64,000 bases of DNA from Octopus vulgaris (lineage: Eukaryota): assembly GCA_951406725.2 (NCBI GenBank), contig OX597832.1:45756001-45820000 (forward strand). The letters are read 5' to 3'. Below, in pieces: positions 54,818 to 64,000 of the stretch. The position numbers and the translations under genes were made by a program. The notes beneath the pieces are model-generated. The model did no database searches. It had not been told where the DNA came from and was given only the letters and a program-made list of their open reading frames with translations. Position 1 is the stretch's first letter; the number at the start of each line of letters is the position of its first letter.

Positions 54818-55374
54818 AGTCCCCTTCATCACACCATATATAAGAATTTTAATTTAATACTTATTACTCATTTCTCAGCTACACGTGTTTCTTGGGGTTC
54901 TTTTACGGTTCCTTAAGCACGCAGTGTTTTACAGGAACCTTCCTTAAAATGTGACCCCAATCATCAGGCCTCTAAATAACTTTATCATAGTTCGATCCAA
55001 ATACTATATTGTAATTTTAACAGATAAATATGTGTATGTGTAAATAGCTTCACCGGACCTTACTGTGCAAGCCATAATTTAAATAAATTTTTATTAATTT
55101 CATTTGAATTAAATTATGGCTTGCACAGTAAGATCCAGCGAATCTATTTATACATACACATATTTTTCTGTTAAAATTAAAATATAGTATTTGGTATCGA
55201 ACTATGATAAAGTTATTTAGAGGCCTGATGATTGGGGTCACATTTTAAGAAAGGTTTCTGTAAAACACTGCGTGCTTAAGGAACCGTGAAAGAACCCAAA
55301 GAAACACGTTTAGCTGAGAAATGAGTAGTAAGTATTAAATTAAATTTCTTTTATGTAGTGTGATGATGGGGACT
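54818..55374. mobile_element. Large inverted duplication (arms about 54818-55083 and 55108-55374), each arm carrying a type I hammerhead
   Basis: Left arm, minus strand: ggc CTGATGA ttggggt...accccaa GAAAC acgt GTA gct. Right arm, plus strand: CTGATGA 55225-55231, GAAAC 55301-55305, TTA. Confidence 0.8.
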
Positions 55375-55468
55375 ATTATCTCTAAATAACATATTTTCTC
55401 ATTGAGAATAATTTGAACCCCTGTGATGCCGGAATTTTTATTCCCTAAGAAATAAAATAAAATATACA

Positions 55469-55508
<40 letters not shown>

Positions 55509-55653
55509 ACAATGAAACCATTTATTTGACATATATGATGTTACGCTGCAAAAATAAGTGATAATGTGACTTTTAATTTTAACTTAAGCCGGTGGCTCTC
55601 GACTTTATTTTACTTATGGACCCCTGTGACTACTCTTTTATACGCACACACAC

Positions 55654-55743
<90 letters not shown>

Positions 55744-56994
55744 TTATATATCCTTGATTTGTATACGGCGAATGCTAACTATAAATATGTGTGTGTGTGT
55801 GTTTAGGTGTACATATGTAATCAACTCTAGCTGACAGAGCACCTCTACTGGCACCGCTGAGATACGCTTATTTCCAGGTACGAGTTCGGTTCCAATAAAT
55901 CTCTGCGACCGGAAATTAGTCGAAGTCTTCTCCGCCGATTCCTAAACTGGGTTACCGCTCCAAAGTTGTCCTAAGCATTCGAGACATTCTACTTAAAAGA
56001 ATATATACTTAAAATCAGTTACAAAATATCGGCAATTGGGTTTAAAAGTCTTTCCATGTATACACAAACTACTACCTACGATATAACTACCATAGTTTAA
56101 ACAAACATATAACTTAACATAATAAAGTTAGATGAACGTAATCAATAATAAATCAATCAATCAATCGGAAAAAACAGAAAAGAAACGATTATTTCAATTA
56201 CATACTTTGTGTGGAATTACTTGATTTAAGCCATTTCTAGTTATACGCACAATATATATTTAAATACAACGGAACGAATCTGATATCTTAAAGCTTAAAA
56301 ATGCTCTGCACGCATGGTTATTATTTTGTGTCTGTCTGCATCTGATTGCCTTTCTTCATTTTTTTTTTAACTGACTTGATTCCGTGTTCAACGAAGCTTG
56401 TGAATTGTTACTTAGAAAATCAGAGTTAAATGATGAAAAATAATTCCCGTGCATAGAATTATTATATATAAGAAGAAACAACAAGCTGATAAAGGAATAA
56501 TAATATTAGATCAACATTGAAAACATGATAGTATTCAACCTGCCGAGAAACACACACACACAGACACTCACACACACATACACACAGACACTCACACACA
56601 CAGCTAAATACATAAGTATGTTTTTTTTTCCTTTGGTTGTTATTTAGGAGAAAGAGAAACTAATTCACATAATCGAAATTGTCCAAATATACCATGGAGT
56701 ATAAAAAATGGATATCTACATGCACAAACACGAATTCACTATAAGCAAGCATATAGCTGTACACATATGCATGCACATGTAGCAATATGAATCACGCATC
56801 TGTGAGTGTGTGCTTATATATGTGTGTGGTTAGAAATAAATACAGGCTATCAAGTTTTGCTACACATCGCTGGTCACAATGCGCTTCGTATTGTTTTAGC
56901 CTTCAAATGAGGCCACCCCGCTGGCTAAGCGAGCAGGCCAACAGAAGAAAGAGCAAATTAAATAAATTGAGCCCCACAGTAGCATATTTATATT

Positions 56995-57293
56995 TATTTA
57001 TGCGCCCTTTCAGGCCTATCCAGGCCCCTTGGGCCCGGTTTCCAGGTTTCTGTGACGTATGTGTTCCCCCCAGCTGGACGGGACGCCAGTCCATCGCAGC
57101 GTTACTCAAGAAACAGGAAGAAAGAGTGAGAGAAATTTAGGACGAAAGAGTACAGCAGGGATCGCCACAACCCCCTGCCGGAGCCTCGTGGAGCTTTAGG
57201 TGTTTTCGCACAATAAACACTCACAAAGCCCGGTCTGGGAATCGAAACCGCGATTCTACGACCGCGAGTCCACTGGGCCATTGCGCCTCCACA
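56995..57293 (-). mobile_element. SINE C, tail type 1
   Basis: Reverse-complement homologue of 47732-48005. Confidence 0.85.
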
Positions 57294-57688
57294 TTTGTTT
57301 ATATCTATTTATCTATCTATCTCTGTATACATATTTGTGTACGTGTGTGTACGTGCGTGTGTGCATGTGTGTGTATGTGTTCACGTGTATTAGGCAAAGA
57401 GAACATTGGACGAGGTATTAGTTTGAACTCTAAACTGAGGGTTGGTTTGTGTCCACGACCCGCTGCAGTTTCGCTGTTTCCTGGAGACATGTCCTGAATG
57501 ATCGTTCTAAAGGATTTAGAGAAAATTTTCATTTGAGGTAGCGTATTCCGATAAATTCAAAAGCAGGTGTATTGCTTATCATCCTGACACTCTGAGATCA
57601 AAGTTAAAAGCTAAGCCTTCATGAAGGTTCAGAATATAGAAACCGCATAGTAACAGCAACCATCAATATTTTCGTCAAATTTTTTTTA

Positions 57689-57732
<44 letters not shown>

Positions 57733-58154
57733 TTTAAATACTATTCGATCTCACTCATAAGGTATTGGAATCTTACATTGTGTATAAACTTTATACTTGG
57801 AATGACCCATTTTAAATTCTGTTGGATTACTCAAATTCTGTTGGATTAATCAAAATTACTCATCTTGATTACTTCTCTTCCATTTTGTTCTAATATATAT
57901 TATTAACTCCTAATATATACACTTAACTAATAAGACTTTTGTCCACGGTTAGAGAGGCGGTCTATGTATTCTCCGAACTATATAGGTACCAAAAACATTC
58001 TACGAAAGTCTAGTACACCATCGAAATAATACTCCGTTGCAAATGGTGGATGACACTCACACGTACACATTAAAACACATACATAAACAGACTCAAGGGT
58101 AAATACACACAGGTTTTGAAGTTTATATATTTCAGTATGGCATATCATATTTAC

Positions 58155-58545
58155 TGTGGAGGCGCAATGGCCCAGTGGTTAGGGCAGCGGTCATAGGATC
58201 GCGGTTTCGATTCCCAGACCGGGCGTTGTGAGTGTTTATTGAGCGAAAACACCTAAAAGCTCCACGAGGCTCCGGCAGGGGATGGTGGTGATCCCTGCTG
58301 TACTCTTTCACCACAACTTTCTCTCACTCTTTCTTCCTGTTTCTGTTGTACCTGTATTTCAAGGGGCCGGCCTTGTCACTCTCTCTGTGTCACGCTGAAT
58401 ATCCCCGAGAACTACGTTAAGGGTACACGTGTCTGTGGTGGAGTGCTCAGCCACTTACACGTTAATTTCACGAGCAAGCTGTTCCGTTGATTCGGATCAA
58501 CCGGAACCCTCGTCGTCGTAACCGACGGAGTGCTTCCAAAATCCA
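58155..58545 (+). mobile_element. SINE C head and body with a SINE D-type tail; 11-bp TSD
   Basis: TSD ATCATATTTAC at 58144-58154 and 58546-58556; tail CCTTGTCACTCTCT...CCCTCGTCGTCGTAACCG shared with 23570-23895. Confidence 0.85.
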
Positions 58546-59094
58546 ATCATATTTACAGGATTAAATGACTGTCGAATTCATTCGTACATTTGTTTTGGCC
58601 ATTCTCTTTACAAATCAAAATAGTTCTGTATCATTTAAATTCTTGTGAAGTCTTATCCTACAAAACGATGATATCCCCAGATAACGTGTTTTGTGAATTA
58701 CAACGAACAAAAAAAAAAAAAAAGTCGAAGCTTTCCCGGGAAACAATACATATTTTTCTTCCTCAACTTCGAAAAAACAATGTAATTATCTCACCAATTA
58801 TTTCCTGGGGTTCATTAAATTGACTCTTACACTTCGAATCATGGGGGAATTTAATATTTATTTATTTTGGGAATATTATATGACCAGCGACAATTGACTT
58901 TTGACACATTTTTACGCACAAGTATCCAGGGATGATACGCAAAAAAGACGCACGCATGCGCATGTGCGCGTGCACGTGCACACACTCACACACGCGTGCA
59001 CACACACACACACATATGGTATAAATACATATACACTATAACATTTTATACCAACTTCCACCACTCCATAGCTACCTATCTACCGATCTATCCG

Positions 59095-59215
<121 letters not shown>

Positions 59216-59216
59216 T

Positions 59217-59255
<39 letters not shown>

Positions 59256-59315
59256 ACCTAAATACATACATACCTTCATACATACATACACACATACATA
59301 CATACATACACATAG

Positions 59316-59369
<54 letters not shown>

Positions 59370-59841
59370 GGTATACAAATATATACCGATTTCAAATAGG
59401 AAATCGCCTGCTTGTTATATGGTTTCTGATTTGTTTATCGCTGTCAGATATAAGTTGTCAACCGAGCGAGGTGTTACACCTGTTCTATGAGTAATGGCTT
59501 GTTTTGTCAATTACGAACAAACATGAATTTCCCTCGGGAACTTATTATACCGTTATTGTCGTTATAAAAAGAAATCAATGATTAGAAAAGTTCCACTATG
59601 GACCTTCTCGCCTTTTATTGTATATCCAGAATTACATTAAATATTTGGTCGCTTTAAGATGGAAATGGGGGATTTAATTTTGGCTTTCACTTCCAAGAGG
59701 TTCAGCCACACAGTAGTGCCACCTTCCAACATTGCCCCAGCTTTATCATGGTAAATTGCAAGGATTCCGCACAAAGAGTCAACAAAATAAATAACTATTC
59801 AAAAGACAGTCAAGACTATTGAAAAGGTTGTATGTATATGC

Positions 59842-60023
59842 ATGTATTTTTCTCTCCTTGTTTCTCTCCGTGTTTCTTTTCTGTGTATCTCTCTGTTGAA
59901 GAGCGTAGGCTCGAAACGTAAAAGACTTGTTTTATTTATATTCCTGAGCGCCATACTAATACAATTGTTTTTTTTGTATTCCACCTGCCTTCGTCTTTTG
60001 TTTATTTTCATAAAGCTTCCCGT
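59842..60023 (+). mobile_element. Family X element with minimal hammerhead variant at 59889-59924
   Basis: ctct CTGTTGA a gagc-gtag-gctc GAAAC GTA aaag. Confidence 0.7.
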
Positions 60024-61692
60024 TATATATATATACATATTAATCTCCTTTGCATTTGCCTGTAATGATCCAATATTAAAGCTGGCCGTTATTTTAGTTC
60101 GGGGCAAGTTTCAGTAACACTAGTAGCAAGACTAGTGTAGTGAGTTGCCGGCATCGTTGCAACACAAGTTGTATGAAAGGAGGATAGACGGGAAGATCGG
60201 GAGCGAGTGAACGGAAATTATATCGGTCCTGGCAGTTCTGAGGATCAGAGAGCCATATTGATGAAAATTCAGAGGCAGGATACGATGCGCCTATGAACCG
60301 GAGACTAGTGTTTGTCTGTCAATGGCTTTATAATCACGTGTAGGTCGGTAATTTGTTTGCAGCGGCAGCAGTACCGTCTTATATATATATGTCCAACACT
60401 CCGTTGGCAGCCTCAACTGAATTAGAATTTCAAGGAAATAAGAAACCTTTATGAATGACTAAATGACGGCTAAAATTTCAAGGCAGTGGGAAAACGCATT
60501 CATTAATGTCTAATGCATAAAATTTCAAGAGCAAATAGGAAATTAATCGTAATAATGTCACGTCTTGACAATGTATTTCCCAGATATACAACTTGTTTCT
60601 GACCTCCTCTACATTTGAAGTTATATTTCAGACATGTCCGTCACCTGTTTACACAGAAGCGTGATCGGGTTTTAAATGGAGCCACCGTAATAACACTTCT
60701 TTCGAAATGTCCTCAGCAACATCTAAGTGTGTGTATGTTGGTGCTACGTACGTATATTTACCGCTGTTTACTAGTAATTATGTAGGTTCCTGCTGTATGT
60801 TTTTTGGTTTCCTTTTCCTGTTAGTTTTTGTAAATATTTATGCCTGTTATTAACAGTATCATGATACATTTGCATATATTTACATCTAAGAGGCTGTGTG
60901 TGTTCGTGTGATTCAACGAGTGTGTGTGTCTGTGTGTGTATGTTGCTGTATTCATGTATTTTCTTTCATCTGTGATTATATGATTATATGTAATTGCCGC
61001 AGTCGGTGTTGGTGTTAGTGTTTGTATCGGTGTATGTAAATAAGCATTTCAGCTTTAATATAGCTTTCGTTAAAATTTATCGGTTTTATTCATAAGAACT
61101 CTTAATAAGGTGATAAATCTTCATTCCACTAGGGAAGTAATCAGGATTGTATGTTATTGTAATTAACGTGTTGCGAATAGAACATAATTCACACTTAACG
61201 TATTGGTTGCGCGAAAATTTAAGCTGCGTATCAAAACGTATAATTTAATTTATGCGATAAACATTGTAAATATTTCCGTCTTTTACTTTCGTTTTACTTC
61301 TTTTTTTTTATGATGTAGTTGTAATTACAAATTTGGACTGTATTGTTAGGGTCGATGGTTCGAAAATCACGTGAAAATATATCGACGAAAACATCACACA
61401 AATTGCTTTCAGATATATTTTGTGATATCGATAAGTGAGCGAAAGCAACTCGTTCATTTTGGTTTTATTGGGAGCTGACACTTTGTTATGTTTCTCCCGA
61501 ATAACTCAATAAATTAAATAATAATTCTTTCAATCAATGAATAAGCGTTCCTAAAACTTGCAGTTAAAGACCGCAATAAAATAATTCAATTACTGTTATC
61601 AATCCGTTATTATTTTCTGTAGCGAAGCTTCGATACTTAAATTGGTACGAGTTGGTATTGAACATCAACGGATGATCCATTAAAAACAAATA

Positions 61693-62316
61693 CAGTAAAC
61701 CCTCGACTATCGCGGGTATTACGCTCACCCCCACGCCCCACAATAGATGAAAATCCGCGAAGTAGAAACAGAATTGTACTGTATATTTAAAAAAAATGTT
61801 ATAATTTGTATATATTTATCTATATATATATATAAAGCTGAGGTTGTCTGTGTGTCACAGGTTTGGTCGCCTACAACTAACACTATCTTCTCCGAGACCC
61901 CGCGGCGCAAGTTGACTAAAATTGAGAGTATGATAGAAGAAGGCTTGCTCTTCATTCCGTAGATGATAAAATTCAAATCGGACCATGTTAACACCAAAAA
62001 TTATTTACATCAAAAAGGTGCTTTTTTTTCTATGAAAATCCCTATTTTTTACGATTTTTTGACTTCTGTATCGCCGTTGTTCGGTGTATTTCGACCAGAA
62101 AAATGTTCACTTAAAGAAAATAACAAGGTACATAATGCAAAATTTTTACTTTTCAAAAATTCCAATTATAAAGAGTCGGAAAGAAAACAAACCCGAGCAA
62201 CGCCGGGCGATACTGCTAGTTTTATTATAAATGCGAAATAACACCACTGATGAATAGACGTAAGCTTAAATAATAAACATGCGATAGGTGAACCGCGCTA
62301 TGGCGAGGGATGACTG
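61693..62316 (+). mobile_element. Tigger/pogo-like MITE with TA TSD, interrupted by a Helitron
   Basis: TIRs CAGTAAACCCTCGACTATCGCGG and CAGTCATCCCTCGCCATAGCGCGG (reverse complement), each flanked by TA. Confidence 0.8.
61819..62219 (+). mobile_element. Non-autonomous Helitron
   Basis: 5' TCTATATATATATATAAAGCTG; 3' CAAACCCGAGCAACGCCGGGCGATACTGCTAG identical to 49149-49180; A|T target. Confidence 0.8.
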
Positions 62317-62927
62317 TATATGAATGATGAAGATTGTCTCCGTAGCTTTTAAGTGACTGAGAACCCCTGACCCAGGTGATTATTTTGAACGGAGTCAATT
62401 AATGCAACGGAAAGATATAAATGTCACATTTAATACCATGCTGTACATGTGTACATTTGTGAACCCATTTTCGCTGTACAGTATCAACAATAAATATCTC
62501 CATTCTCACTAATTATATCCTGTCATTTGCTTCATAATGCTTCGATAAATTTACAGATACGTACTTCAAAGTACTGTATTGATTTAAGAAGTAAGTATAT
62601 TATTCTCGGAATTAATTGGATATTTCTGATGTATTATTTATGATATACGTTATTCAGAGAGAAGAATTTTATAAAGGTTTCTATCTGACATTGAAACTTT
62701 ACTAAATACTTTTATCGTTTAAAGTATTATTCAAAATATTATTAAGGGTTAAAAGAAATATTTTAATTTCATTTTGAAAATACAGATAAAAAATATACTT
62801 TTGACATGCTTTCATGCGTAGTTGCGTAGTTGCTGCGGTTATATTTCGCATCCGTTTTTGAGGGTATTCCAGAGCTTAAATTGTTTTAGAAATATTAGAG
62901 AACCATAACACAGACATATCGACAAAT

Positions 62928-63135
62928 GATGCAGCACGAAGATTTGTCAGTGAACAGGTCGCGGTCTCAAAGCGACGAAAATATTTTGAAAAATTAAATT
63001 TAGATGATGAAGTGTATCTAACGGTTTTTGTGTGTTTCTTAAATGGCTTATAAATACCTTCCATGCTGCAATTGTTTTCGTTCGAGCACACAATCTCAGA
63101 TCTGGTCACTTACTATGCAAGTACATCTCCGATAA
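62928..63135 (+). mobile_element. Single-arm copy of the 38352 family with G3-C8 hammerhead variant at 62943-62993
   Basis: tttgtca GTGAACA g gtcgc-ggtctcaaa-gcgac GAAA atat TT tgaaaaa. Confidence 0.75.
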
Positions 63136-64000
63136 TTATATCAATTTCTTTTTACTCGCAATACTGTGAAACGTCTAATAGGGATGTCAAGATTTCTCTA
63201 ACAAGGTACATTTTGGGGAATCCTATTTGCGAATTTATCTCAAATTTCTGAGGACGAAATATATCACATGGAACCTAACAGAAAAAGTTTAACTCCTCCC
63301 GAAGAGGCTCTTTATAACCATGTCATAAAAACATCGAACGATGGGCAACTCACACAAGCAGGACAGCAATGGTATCTAAATTGAAGAGGTACAAGTTCAT
63401 TAGTATGTTATGAAGTGACCGGATATGCTAAAATCAGCGAGTGAAACAAAATTGCTAAGTAGATAATTAAATAAACTCACCCGACTTCACTTTACCATTG
63501 AGGACGTTCTTTCCTGTACCAAAAACACCCTGCATTGGTAGCATAACCATCGTACGATCTCAGCAACCGCTAACAATAAACACCTACAATATTAGTTACC
63601 AGCAGAAATCTTTGCTTCTCCAAATTACATCAAGGCTCAGAGTCATTCTTCATTTCTATAAGATGACGTACAACCAGACCAGTTCACTTATCTAAGCTTT
63701 TCTGAAGGCATTAAAAAATTAAAACAGTATTTGAAGAAACATATTTAAGATCTAACTCCTAATAAGATTACTGCCAAAACATCTCATTGTGAACGGATGA
63801 GGATTTTAGTGTTATACTTCGACTAATAATTTATACTAATCTTTTATAAAACTCTCTGCAGTAACATCTCCTTTAAAACACAGGTGAATTAAGTATAGTT
63901 AATTACATTATATATAAGAAGATATGAGGAAGAAAAACTTTGGCTGTAATTCCTTTCCAGATTCTAAAGCTAATATTTACAATAACATTGAGAATACCCT

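Noticed and set aside
60061-60398. Possible solo LTR (TGT...ACA) or TATA promoter
   Set aside because: No target-site duplication and no second copy in the window.
63480-63820. Stop-interrupted reading frame, possibly a decayed transposon ORF
   Set aside because: No recognisable motif.

Overview
AT-rich, microsatellite-saturated eukaryotic non-coding DNA (intergenic or intronic). The repeat make-up suggests a coleoid cephalopod, probably Octopus (inference; no search run). I found no host protein-coding exon. Almost all ORFs in the track are translations of (TA)n, (TCTA)n, (TATG)n, (CA)n or trinucleotide repeats. Coding remnants are all transposon-derived: an R4/Dong-like restriction-like endonuclease end, a CR1-like ORF2 end, and four Tc1/mariner-superfamily relics (Tc1, mariner, DD37D/maT, DD41D-like). 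Also present are many tRNA-derived SINEs of four head types (tandem, nested and with swapped tails), non-autonomous Helitrons, Tigger-like MITEs and a 19-bp minisatellite. The main signal is a set of short non-coding elements, mostly embedded in (TA)n/(TCTA)n tracts and often arranged as inverted duplications, many carrying type I hammerhead ribozyme folds. One is fully canonical (13561-13654). Others have altered cores, including a compensatory G3-C8 swap and A6U or U4C changes. This resembles Penelope-like element termini or retrozymes. All folds were done by eye and activity is untested.
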